NCBI RefSeq assembly: GCF_040938485.1
Contig: NW_027271183.1
Span: 186,001-250,000 of the forward strand
Length of the DNA: 64,000 nt
Reading direction: 5' to 3'
From: Diadema antillarum
Lineage: Eukaryota
The notes under the pieces were generated by a model. That model was not told the DNA's origin. It did not search any database and worked only from the letters and a program-made list of their open reading frames with translations. This document shows, one piece after another, positions 46,581 to 58,621 of the stretch. Position numbers and translations under genes: made by a program. Every line of letters begins with the position of its first letter. The first letter of the stretch is position 1.

Positions 46581-47387
46581 TACTGTTTCCCCCCCCCCCC
46601 CAAAAAAAAAGCCTTTTCAGCCTTTGGAATACTGCAATGATATTTACAAGGTTGGCATCCTTGCATGTGAGGAAAGGTTCATACTCCATAGTGCATCACA
46701 GCCTCCTATCATGAGACTACTCTTCCCTTGACATTTGGATCAGTCACAAACCCCCTTTGACTTCATGTGGACTCAAATTCTCATTCATGACTATATTTTG
46801 CTATAAAAACCCCATTTCATTTATAAAAAAAACAACAACAAATGAACACAACGGAGCTACTGTATTCCAAACATTTGTAGCTGATGAATTATCAACCAAG
46901 GTGTGTATTCTGCAAAGGTTATGTCTCTTGATCCTTATTTAGACCTTGTTCCTTTTTCTTCTTTTTCTTCGTTATCCATATGTGATCATGCTAACCACTG
47001 TATATAGAATACCACAGTAAGATAAAGTGTAATACAGGTAACTCTGGAGTGAGATTTCTGTTGTAGAATACCTGAGTACTGGATGACTTGAAATCATGCT
47101 TGCTATGTTGTCAATTTCTACTTTGCACAAACATAACATTTCCCATTCTTGTGTCAGTGATCCACCAATATGTACAGAGAATAGTAAAAACTTGATGAAA
47201 GGAAAAGAGAAAAATACATGAAAGATCCCCCAGTGTGTTTCTCTTCCCACGTCGCGGCTCGCTCCTGGCTTCCTAATGCACAGTTTGCATCTCTCATAAT
47301 GGATCACACAGCATCCATACACACGGGGTATGACATCACTGTTTTCATGATCAGCGTCTCTGAGTCAATAGTCTTGTCTCAAGGAGG

Positions 47388-50300
47388 TCACTGTTTGCTC
47401 TGAGAGGCCTCCTTCCGAGCGGCATCCTGTAAAAGCTGTGTGTCGCACTCGTCCGCCGGCAACTGAACATACCTAACCACCGAGCCCCTTATGAAGCAGT
47501 TCTTGACTGACAGCTGTAAACAAATTGCGGAGGAAATTATGTACACAGGCCAGTAAAAAAAGGAAAGGTACATTTTGACAATGCTGAATCAGAGGGTACA
47601 CAAAGTTTTCTCTCAGTAAATAAATTCATAAAGAATGATAATAATAATGACTTATAATTCACCGAATCCAATCCAGATGTAGAGTGCTCTAGGCACATGC
47701 ATACTCCTATTAGCATCCTGAACACGGGATTTGCCTACAAATTATTTCCACTCCGTACTAACACAAACAGTGCTCATTCTCCACTTCCTGGGGAACATTC
47801 CAGCCAGTTGCCACTTTAGGTGCACACATCATAGAAAGGGAATGATACCATCTAAGCATGAGTTCCCTCAATATTCACCCAACCATACCATGCCATACTG
47901 ATTCACACTGTTTTTGTCCATACTTTGCAGGAACTAGGCATATTCAAACTTCCATTACTGTCAAATGTGTTACAGACCTTACAGTGGTATAACATTCGTT
48001 TTCCTAAAAAGACTTTCTTAATGCCCTCTTTTGCAGAAAAATAAATACAGCAGCCAAAACTATTGAAACACAAAAACTGTTGTCTACACTGTGCAGAGGG
48101 TTTGAGAATTGGCTTGTATGCTCAATTCACCTTAAATGTGCTTGGCGACAGGTTTTTTTTTTTTTCAGATGAATATCCATTAAATCCAGACTATAAAATC
48201 TGCTCAAAATGTTTTAACAGTATATATTTAAAAGGCTACTTTAGTTTAACTGCTGAAAATACTAACTGCAAAGATCATCAAATGCTACTAATGTGGGTTT
48301 TATAGTGATAAAACTCCTAAAAAGAGCTGGTAGCCTATCAACTTTTAACCAGTTTTTGATTTTTACATCTTTCTGCCATTTCCATTCTAACTTTCCTCGC
48401 ACTTCTTTTCCACTTGAAAACATGTAATTTTAGTCAGTTCAGGTGCATGTGATTTGAAAGGAACTGATTTATCACTGAAGTGCTCTCTGGACAAACAACT
48501 GCGCTATCCCTCTGCGTGTCAAGGGTCAGAGGTCAAAGAGACAACTTACCATGTGTGGATACCTGTCTTGGTCGACTACAGAGATGTCCGTCAGCTTGAT
48601 GTTCAGGAACTGATCCACAGAATGCAGCGTACCACATATACTGCAGACAAGAAAAAAAAAAAAAAGCACAAAACACAAACATACATTATCTATCTAGCTA
48701 TTGCCTGGATATACACATATCATTTGCAATGCAGTGCTACAAAGATACACCTCCATTAGGTGAAATTTCCTTGAAAAAAAAGAGGGTATAAAGATTGACG
48801 ATGATAAAGAGGTCAAAATAATTTTATTTAGCCACTGACCTGACAAATGGGGAGAAACATTTATGAAATAATTTGAAGCCAGAGTGCTCAAAACAAATTA
48901 TGAAGTAAAGATTGTGATTGTATGTTTTGTCACAAGTTTATCTTTAAAAAATAAAAAAAAAAATCCTTATGAAAGGGTTCTTTTTAGACTTTAACTAGGA
49001 AGGTTGTTTTCCTTTTCATAATGTCAATTACAACATCACTGAATTTATCCTAAAAATTAAAAACATGATGTCTCTCTAAGGGCTGAACATTCTGTATATT
49101 TTTATTTATTTTTTTTTTTTAAAGAATTGCTCGCTTTGCCTTACCAGTATTCAATCCAGGCTTTCAAAATTATACTTTTCTAGTTTAATTCTCATCAGTC
49201 ACTTACTTATTAAGTAAGTGACTGATGAGAATTTAAAAGATGCTAGGAAAAGGCACTGTTTTCTTCCCCTCTTTCTCCTCTACTTCAAAACAATAGGATA
49301 TCACATCTGACAAAGAGTTTTAACAGTAAGTGAATATCATGACCAACAGTCTTCCGAGTGCAAAATCAATTTCCAAAAAGGAAGAATGTTGGATGTGTCA
49401 TGAGTGTATGTAGAGGTCTTCTTGCCTCACAGCACTGATTAGCAGCAATGACAAAAGGGGCGCAAGTAATCGAAATGGACATACCTGAGGTCATTCTTCA
49501 ACTCTACAACCACATCTTTTCCCACAAGGGACTTGAAGAAGGAATAGAACAACTGCAGTGAAAGAAAATCAATCAAACAAGCAACACAGAAAGGGATAAT
49601 GAATAGTATTGACTGTGAATGTTACATAGAAGCCCCTGGAAAATATCTTCATCTGACAGGTAATGGTGAATGAAGGACATTTTGATCATTTTTATGCATG
49701 TACAGTGTACATGTATATATGGCATTCCTTGCACACTTAAATACATTAAATGATATTGGAAAACAATACCAAGTTGTTTGGACCATGGGTGGCATGCAAA
49801 CTGCTCATGCAGGCCCTACTGTAAAACAAGGAATGTTCGCGTGCATTTTAATTTCGCGAATTTCGTAAGCGCCGACATTGGCGAAATTAAAATGCACACG
49901 AAAGTTTGTGCCTATACAATATGCATTAGAAGCCAGTTGCAATTCATGAAAAATTTCATGCTGCGAGAAAGGCCATCGGCTCTAATTCGTAAAATTTTCA
50001 TGGCGCGATCGTGTTTTACAGTAGATTACTTGCATTGTACACAATTGGTAATGCACAAACATCACGCTCATCGATCATGTCACAATGGGCCTATTAGTTA
50101 TACATGCACATATTCACAGAAACTTTTCCTACAAATTCCCCCTTTAATTCATTCTATTAGAAGTTTTGCAAGTATTTTTTTTTTCACAAAATATAGATAA
50201 ATTACTGGTATTACTGTCAACAAAATATCTTCCTGGAGAAAAAATGTATGGAAAACAAGTCAGGCATACTGAACTTTCAATCCACTTTGAGCTAGCGGAT

Positions 50301-51284
50301 GCCTGAAAATGTGATAAAATTGGACTTGATAAAATTGAAAACAGCACTATTTGTACCAGATACCAGATACTACAGCATGCACTGAAATACATTGTAACAG
50401 CAATTCATAATCGAACAATGACTGCACTTGTAAGTACAATTTGCACTGTCTGATAATTCAACCCACTGCCCAAAAGCATCGGGTGGATCCTGCAAAGAAT
50501 TATGAGATTGACAGGGAATGGCTTCAACCCTCTTCTGTGCATGATATGAACAATAATGCATAAAACATAATTTACACCATAAGAACAAATCCACTCTTCC
50601 ATTTGAGAGAATCAATTCTACTGCAGTTACCTGCAAGTGACATTCAAATTCGATTCTTATTTAAATCAGGGGAAATTATGTAGACTAGTGGATAGGCAAA
50701 AGACAGATAGAAAAAAAAAAAAGTGGTATTAAGACCGATATAGATCCAGATCCCCTAGATGTAAGTTCTTTTGACATTGAGTACCTGGTACCATGTTTGC
50801 ACTGGTACATTGTAGGCACAACCTGTCACCCCATCAAGTTAGAGAGTGATGTCATCAGAGTCGCAAAGCTACAAAGTATCATCCAGATATGTACTGAGCA
50901 GACAAGGTGGCATGATTTGGTGTGAAAAGGCCAGCTACTAGCTAGTTAGTTATACAGGTACAGGGTGAGTCAGAAATAATGTCCCATCATTTTGAAGTTG
51001 TCTAGTTTGTGAAGTAAGAACATCTAATCATGGGTGGTTTTGTGATATATCTTGGACCATTGGTAGAGTTATTCCCCCAGCATTTTTGATGCCCTTTTCA
51101 TAAACTTTTTCATGTTTGCATGCATGTCTGAATAACAATCTTTTGAAGACTGCAAAATTTTACTTGTATCAAGTGGCTGGGTGAAGCTAACCATTGGCAT
51201 TATATTTCCATATTAAAACAAATTTTGAGAGAATTTACAACTTACAGTGTACGTGCACACAGAAAGACACACACAACAGGATAT

Positions 51285-51320
<36 letters not shown>

Positions 51321-52569
51321 TAAACAATTCATAACACAGTGTTGACCCCTTTTCTGATCAAGCAATTTCTTTTTATTAATTTAAAAAAAATCAAGATCAT
51401 TGCTGAATGTTACTGAATACCAGACTAATAAGCCAAGTGGTGTGGTATCAAAATTCCCGAACAATTTTAGTGGCTACTTCAAACTTGAACGAAAGATCGT
51501 TAGGACATCGGAGATACTGTAAAATATGTGGTCTATTCGCAGCATGAATTTTCGCGCTCGTTTTATACTTCCATACTACTTACTACTAATACTAGCCGGG
51601 CAGCCCAACCAGACCAGATGCCATGCACAGCCTGTCGCGACGTCAGTACAGCGCCAGGGGCAGGGCTTTGTAATGTAATTTTAAACAAGACAACTTCAAA
51701 ATGATGGGACCTTTTTTATTTTACTTTTTGGTCACTCTGTATAGCCAGGTGCCCGCACCTCGTCAGGGGCCCAAATACCGTCACCCCGCTTAAAATCGTT
51801 TTGAGCGCACTGAACAAAAATGTATGCCCGAGACTGTGTTCTGTACGCTTGAAACTTGGCAGGACTACCACAACCAAGCAAATTGTGGTGAAAACCGAAC
51901 AGTTTTTCGCGAAAATCTGAAATTTTAATAGGGCTATAGGAATACGTGTTATATGTCACCCGCACGCATCTTTTACGTGTATGTCTATGGGAACATCACG
52001 GTCATCGCACACGTCTTTTACGTGCTAAGTCTATGGGAGAGCGGGTGACGAGTTGCGGGCCCCTTCCTTAGCGCGCAACTTTTTCGCATCGTTCGCCTTT
52101 GACGACGATAGCTGCAAATTTTCAATATCGATCAGTGAACTTGTGATTCCATTGGAATTTTCAGCATTTTTCCTGTATGTGAGTTGGATTTCAAAGAATT
52201 TCAGTGGCCAAATGTGATTTAATTATGGGCAAACATTAACTATGACGAGGTGCGGGTCACCCAAGTATACTATGTAAAAGCTTTCACTCAGTGCACTACC
52301 TACCAGTTATACCGCTACCAATGACTCCGGAATTTGGTAGAGAGAGGACAGTGATCCGCAGCTTTGCTTTACCCTTCCTTGTGTTGCTTTGCTTTGGTCT
52401 GATCGCACTGCCACTGCATTGGTTCGCAGTGGCTGCGGCTGGTGGCGTTTGTACTGTGCAGTACCCTAGTGGCAGTGGTTAGTAGGACCCTAAATTTGTA
52501 TTTTCAAACAGTGTTCAGTGAGTGTAACTAACTGTGGACCTGGTTCTTTTACGCTCAAAAACTTACCAT
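47388..52569 (-). CDS. LSM2: U6 snRNA-associated Sm-like protein LSm2, 95 aa. Exons 52569-52567 (ATG only), 49552-49485, 48640-48550, 47513-47388
   Basis: M|LFYSFFKSLVGKDVVVELKNDLS|ICGTLHSVDQFLNIKLTDISVVDQDRYPHM|LSVKNCFIRGSVVRYVQLPADECDTQLLQDAARKEASQSKQ*; 288 nt. Confidence 0.98.
49819..50021. mobile_element. MITE with CTGTAAAACA...TGTTTTACAG termini and TA flanks
   Basis: TIRs and TA flanks read directly; related to 6190-6397. Confidence 0.7.
50961..51739. mobile_element. Mariner-like non-autonomous element, ~780 bp
   Basis: TA|CAGGGTGAGTCAGAAATAATGTCCCATCATTTTGAAGTTGTC ... GACAACTTCAAAATGATGGGAC...GGTCACTCTG|TA; contains a (CA)n tract near 51286-51316. Confidence 0.75.
51740..52271. mobile_element. 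~535-bp non-autonomous element, copy 1 of a direct pair
   Basis: Inverted termini CCCGCACCTCGTCA / TGACGAGGTGCGGG; highly similar to 53660-54200. Confidence 0.85.
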
Positions 52570-53050
52570 ACTTGGAAATCACTCCAACGCCAAACAGTCT
52601 CGGTGATATTTGTAATCAGCCTGTGCTTCTTTACGAATCTGTCTCTCACTCGGTAAGCTAGGCTATCACGATGTTGGCTGCGCTGATGGATAGCTAAAAG
52701 CCGGCCATGCATCCGATGCGATATACGCTAGCTACTAGTAGTTAGCAAGCTGTGTAAAATGTGTGAAGCATGCATGCGAGCGCAATCGTACATGATCGTA
52801 CAACCACGCGACTTTAGCTCACGACTATGCTATGGCTTCACGCGTGCAGCTAGCTAGCTCGTCGAGTTTCGATGCGATGTCGATTTGTTTCTGTACGTAT
52901 CCGATCGCGAAAAAGGTTAATGCAGCACGCATGCGCAGTGAGCCAGAAAATTTGCTGTTCTTGTCCTCTTGTTCTGTTGCAGTCCGAAATATTGGTGAAA
53001 ATGTATAAACTATTAGTTGTCTGACTTCAGAAGGACTGACGTTTGATATC
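52570..53050. promoter_or_regulatory. Probable bidirectional LSM2/KLHL20 promoter with first non-coding KLHL20 exon
   Basis: CpG-rich; NRF1-like CACGCATGCGCA at 52926-52937; AGCTAGCTAGCT at 52848-52859; + strand donor GTAAGT at 53051. Confidence 0.6.
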
Positions 53051-53659
53051 GTAAGTATGATTTTTTACTTCTACCATATTTACATGTCATGTTAAAGTAT
53101 TTTAAGAACATTTTATTGGCAAATAATCACATTAACTAATCGTATGGATATGAAGAGGAAACCAAGCCCATTTGAGTGGTCCCATGTGCTAATGATTGTG
53201 TTGGCTACGGACCCATTGATACAACAACAGGTCAACGAATCTCAGTTTGCCTTAACCATAACTGGGGTGGTGAGGTCTAGATTTTATACAGATGTAGGGC
53301 ATACAGTACTTTATCCCACATCTGCTCTCGTAATTGCATAAACATCAATGCCGCTTTGCCTTTGTTGGCAAATGTTTTTTTCTTGAGAAAAGAAGGGCAG
53401 TTTTTTTTTACTCTTGTTAACCATTGTAATATATAGAGTAACTGCGGCAGTAAGCGGCCGTGCAGCCGTTCGCGGCAGGTACAACATACACGGTAATATA
53501 CCGCTAAACACAGCATTGCACTGTTACATGCACACTACACATATACTAACACACTAGCAATCAACAAAAACCAACCAATATAGAATAGGCATGATCTCTG
53601 ACGAAAGTGAAATTTTCTCACCTAAATGACAACATATCGCATCCAAAATAAAATTTTCG

Positions 53660-54200
53660 GTATAGCCATGTGTCCGCACCTCGTCAGGGGCCCGAATACC
53701 GTCACCCCGCTTAAAATCGTTTTGAGCGCACTGAACAAAAATGTATGCCCGGGACTGTGTTCTTTACGCTTGAAACTTGGCAGGACTACCACAACCAAGC
53801 AAATTGTGGTGAAAACCGAACAGTTTTTCGCGAAAATCTGACATTTTAAAGGGCTATACTGCCTATAGGAATACGTGTTATATGTCACCCACACGCATCT
53901 CTTACGTGTATGTCTATGGGACATCACGGTCACCCGCAAACGTCTTTTACGTGCTAAGTCTATGGGAGAGCGGGTGACGAGTTGCGGGCCCCTTCCTTAG
54001 CGCGCAACTTTTTCGCATCGTTCGCCTTTGACGACGATAGCTGCAAATTTTCAATATCGATCAGTGAACTTGTGATTCCATTGGAATTTTCAGCATTTTT
54101 CCTGTATGTGAGTTGGATGTCAAAGAATTTCAGTAGCGAAATGTGATTCAAATATGGGCAAACATTAACTATGACGAGGTGCGGGTCACCCAAGTATACT
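53660..54200. mobile_element. ~540-bp non-autonomous element, copy 2 of the direct pair
   Basis: Same orientation and termini as 51740-52271. Confidence 0.85.
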
Positions 54201-54206
54201 TCTTAA

Positions 54207-54765
54207 AGGACAAGTTCACCTTCATGTACATAAGGATTGAGAGAATGCAGCAATATTAGTAGAACACATCAGTGAAAGTTTGAGGAAAATTGGACAATCC
54301 GTTCAAAAGTTACGAATATTTTAAGTATCTGCGCAGTCACTGCTGGAAGAGAAGACTACTACAGTGTATGATGTCACATGCGTACAACTATATAAGGAAA
54401 ATAAAAAGAGAATTTCATAAAACTTCACTTTTTGAATAAAGTGCACATTTCTTCGACTTACTACTGACGTATGTTAAGGGTAATATTATTTCCCCTGCCT
54501 TCAGAAAGAGAGAAGTCGAGTGTTCTTTTGAAATGCGAGAAAAATGGAAAAATGTTGAATTTTCATTATTCTTTCTTTATATCGTTGTACTCATGTGACA
54601 TCACAAGCTATAGTAGTCTTTTCATCCAGCCGTGACTGAGCATAAACTTAAAAAATTCATAACTTTTTAACGGATTGTCCGATTTTACTCAAACTCTCAC
54701 TGATGTGTTCTACTAATATTGCTGCATTCACTCAACCCACATGTCTATGAAGGTGAACTTGTCCT
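54207..54765. mobile_element. Kolobok-like MITE, 559 bp, TTAA TSD, opposite orientation to 39958-40516
   Basis: TTAA|AGGACAAGTTCACCTTCAT ... ATGAAGGTGAACTTGTCCT|TTAA; the central asymmetric part is the reverse complement of that in the first copy. Confidence 0.85.
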
Positions 54766-55367
54766 TTAACATAACAGTTAAGAAACAATGGTCCAAGAAA
54801 CTGGATTTTTTGTCGTTTTCTCGATGTTCATGGATTTTGAAAACACATCCTCACGTAAAATAGAACTTTCGCGAGCCGATGTGGCCCGCCATTTTTTTCG
54901 GAAAGTGGATGTTACCATCGTAAAAAATGAGAAAAACACGAGAAAGACATCAACAACACCGCCAGAATTGCAATCTTGTTTGCGGCCAATGCATGTGCGC
55001 CCGCAATTTTCATGTGCTTTCGCAATGGGAATTGGCGCTTACGCAATGTTCGCGAGACATGTGAAGGTGTTCAGCTAAAGATCGCGGAGCACGCGCGTAT
55101 TGCATAGGGATTGTACATCGTGCCGTAAGCAGAAATACTATGTCGCATATCGCCCTTATCGGCGAAAATTGTGCCGGGTTTTGCCCTGGTAAATCATGAA
55201 AACTGCGTTGGTCAATGGTAAATTTCTTTCGTGAAAACAATTGTGTTAATGAATAATCTTGTCTATGATGTATGAAATGGTTGAAAATACTTTGCCTGAT
55301 TTGTTTACAAGTTGGAAAAACCCTTAACAATGCTTAAACTGCCGCAAACGGGATATTTTACTCCATA

Positions 55368-55759
55368 CAATTCGACCTCGATTATCCGGCCTCCTTCTAT
55401 CCGGAAATCTCTATTATCCGGACGCGTTCACGCAGTGAAGGACTTTTTTTTTCATCCAAAAATTGAGAGAAAAAACAGTGACTTTAAGTTTAAACTCAAA
55501 TAAAATTTCTACAAAACTCACACGATTTACCTACAATATTCCCAACAGAACTAACATAAATTCACACCACATTATCATCGTAAAAGTAAGCAGTCATCAT
55601 CACCGTTGCGGGGTACGCTACCTGCCTAACTGCCAGTGCACTGGGACGGCAGCTTGGACAGCAGCTATATACATTAACATTGTGTCTCCCATATCCGGCC
55701 AATTCGCTTATCCGGATGAGCGCCGGTCCCAACATGGCTGGATAATCGAGGTCGAACTG
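55368..55759. mobile_element. Tigger/pogo-like MITE, 392 bp
   Basis: TA|CAATTCGACCTCGATTATCC ... GGATAATCGAGGTCGAACTG|TA, with subterminal TATCCGG repeats. Confidence 0.8.
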
Positions 55760-58621
55760 TAGTTGGACACATGTTGATGTTTATTTTTTTTTACATAACT
55801 TTATATGTTATGCACATGTTTGGTTATTTCATCTCCCAGGGGTATGAGCCTCTTGATGAACGTGCGCTTTACGTGTATTGTGCGCTGATTGCGATACTGT
55901 ACTTTAAATGTTTACCTGTTTTACCTGCTCATCTCTGGTGATCTCCTGTGTGCTGTGTGCGACATGCTTGTGTTGCGTGTAGGTATGTACATGTATCAGT
56001 TTGTGTGTGCACGCATTCTAAATTGCTCATGCTGAATGCACTGGCACAGCAAGATACAAACGTAGATGGCTTTGTGTGTAACGAAAGTAAAAAAGCAAGT
56101 TACCCATTTTTCGAAGGCCTAAATTGCAGAAGCAAAATAGCATGCATGATTCGAACGCCTGCGCTGCCATCATTGTTTGACCCCATATGTCTATGCTTCG
56201 AAATCGCGACGTACTGCCGTGCGCCACCGATGAATGGGTTAGTGCGCCGCCCATGAATGGATTAGTGCGCGTGCCACGTGCGGACGAAACGCTGTGCTAG
56301 CAATTCAACGCATACACGTCGCGGTCGAACCATGTCGAATATCGCAAATTCTGGCACGGTGGCATGCAAAATATAGATAGCGGGTAAACGCACAAGTTAT
56401 CTCAGAAACTGCTGCCACCATCATTGTCGGTGTACACGCTGTACAGATTCAATGCAGATAAGCGGACTAGTAACTTCGAAACTTGGAATGAAACAAGTAT
56501 ATGTGTTGCTATGCAACTTTACTTACCAGTTACTTACCCGTTGAACTGCGTATGCGAGCTCACCTGGAAGGGTCGCGACAGTGATTTCTGGGGTCCGACG
56601 ATGTGGCCCACTGTTGTGCTCTTCGGAACAAGTGTGGAGGTAGTTGCATAGTTTGAATTTCGCACTTGATTTGGGCCATTTTTTATTCATGAATTTCAGG
56701 GAATTTATATTCGTAAGAGTGGTCTATTCATGGAAACGGTCGAATCAAGGGTAACATGCTTTATATTGAGTCTGCATGGAAGTCATCCCGTTGTCCATTT
56801 TCTGCCTTTTTTTCTCTCCTTACCTTCTCCTAATTCTCTGCTTTCCTAAGTACGCCATAGTATCTTGTGTTTGTAATACTAGTTAACTGATGATTTGCCA
56901 GTGTTAAAGACAACTCACCTGAGCAGACCATTCCATCTTCTGATTCCCTTCTCCCTGGCCCCTCTCATCTTGTACTTGGCTCACCCTGCTCTTTCCCCTT
57001 TTCCCACCCTTGCACTGATCACACGAATGATGAAAAAAAATGCAAACACCAAACCACTTCCTAACGGCAAATATGTGTCCACTTGCAAACAACAGCAAAT
57101 ATGTGTCTCTTGTAAGGTGAAGCAAAATGTTAAAAGATAATGATATGAAAAACAACATTGATAGCTAGGGGGAAACTTGACACCCATGCATGCCGACAGG
57201 CAAAGCCACAGGGCATAGGAATTTGCGCACACGTGTAAATTGCATGGATTTATAGGGGTTGGGAACAGGGTGTTAAAGTAATTGAAGCAGACTCATTTGT
57301 TTTCTGCTTGTAACAGACACCATGATTCCTTCATCAAATGTAAACTACATGTATTGTGTTCAACCGAGCAAGAAACACACACACAAGGCATGCCTTTTGC
57401 ACATTGGCACACACACTGACACACACACACACACACAGCTGGTATAAAACTATGGATTACACAGAATGTGGATCGTTGTGGCACAGTGACTTAATACGAT
57501 ACAGGGTATTAGAGAAACCAGAACTGTTACAAATTATGTTAACGAAACAAAGTAAAATGAAATTAATGCTTTCAAAATACATGCAAAAATTGTTTCCATA
57601 CTTACAGATGTGTGCGTCAAGACTTTGACTTTGGTATGCTTCAATTTACCAAGGATGTCCCTCGTATTTGTGACTGAGATGTGCATCACTTTCATTGTTT
57701 TGTCGGTCAAAAAAATTAACTGAGGGGTGCTTAAAAAACCACATATATGGTCATCCAAAAGAATGACCATGACGCACCCATGTCCGCAGATAGTAGGATG
57801 GGGCTTTACGTTGACAGGTGCATTATGCCTAATGCAGCCTAACAACTTTAATTTTTTAAAAAAAGGCAGTGTATGTCAGTCTGGGAAACTGTCTTTTGAG
57901 GGAGCTCCTGTTCATATGGATCCCTCCTCCTCATGAGCACCCCTGGAGTGCTCATGAGGCCCCCTGTTCACTTCTAATTCATGAATGTCACATCTGACAT
58001 GTAAATTGTCACAAGTTTGCACGAGATTTTTTGTTACTCACACATGTCCACTCTTGATGATGAAAAGAGAAAATTCTGTCTGTGCTTCTTGACAAAAATT
58101 GAGTTTTAATCAACTCATGTGCAGCAACCCACCGAAACATGGGCGCCAGCATGTTTCGCTCAATGCAGGGCTGCCATATCTATCGGCCTGATTCCAATTT
58201 TGGGGGCTTTTTTTTGCAGCTCTCACCTCTCCATGCACGATTCAGCCCCATGAAGGTGAAGTCTGACATCATTTTACAAATATTCATAGAGAGAAAAATA
58301 AAATCAGAACTAACCTGATCTTGTACATATATTCCAAATTACTATTCCACAATGAAACTGTTGAAAGAGTATGTGGGTACTCAAATTTGTCAGGAAACTA
58401 ATCACTTTGTAGGTATTACGGGTGCACTTTCTTCATGAATTGTGCCGTCCACTAGCCTTTTGCCGCTTTTCCTGCAATCGTCCTAGATGTACAATGTATA
58501 GGAAAACATCTATACATAGCCTGTAGAGGCACAATGCTCTCACTTTTCTCCAAAGAAAGAAGAGAAAACAACAAAACCAAGAATGTTACTCATTTCTTTT
58601 CCTGTGCAGACTTCAGGTTCC

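Noticed and set aside
56895-57140. Possible upstream coding exon of KLHL20
   Set aside because: No similarity to the KLHL20 N-terminus as I recall it, and the splice signals are not compelling.
57929-57959. Perfect 12-bp hairpin CCTCATGAGCAC / GTGCTCATGAGG, partly shared with about 37853-37866
   Set aside because: Short, and most likely the terminal stem of a small repeat family; nothing indicates function.
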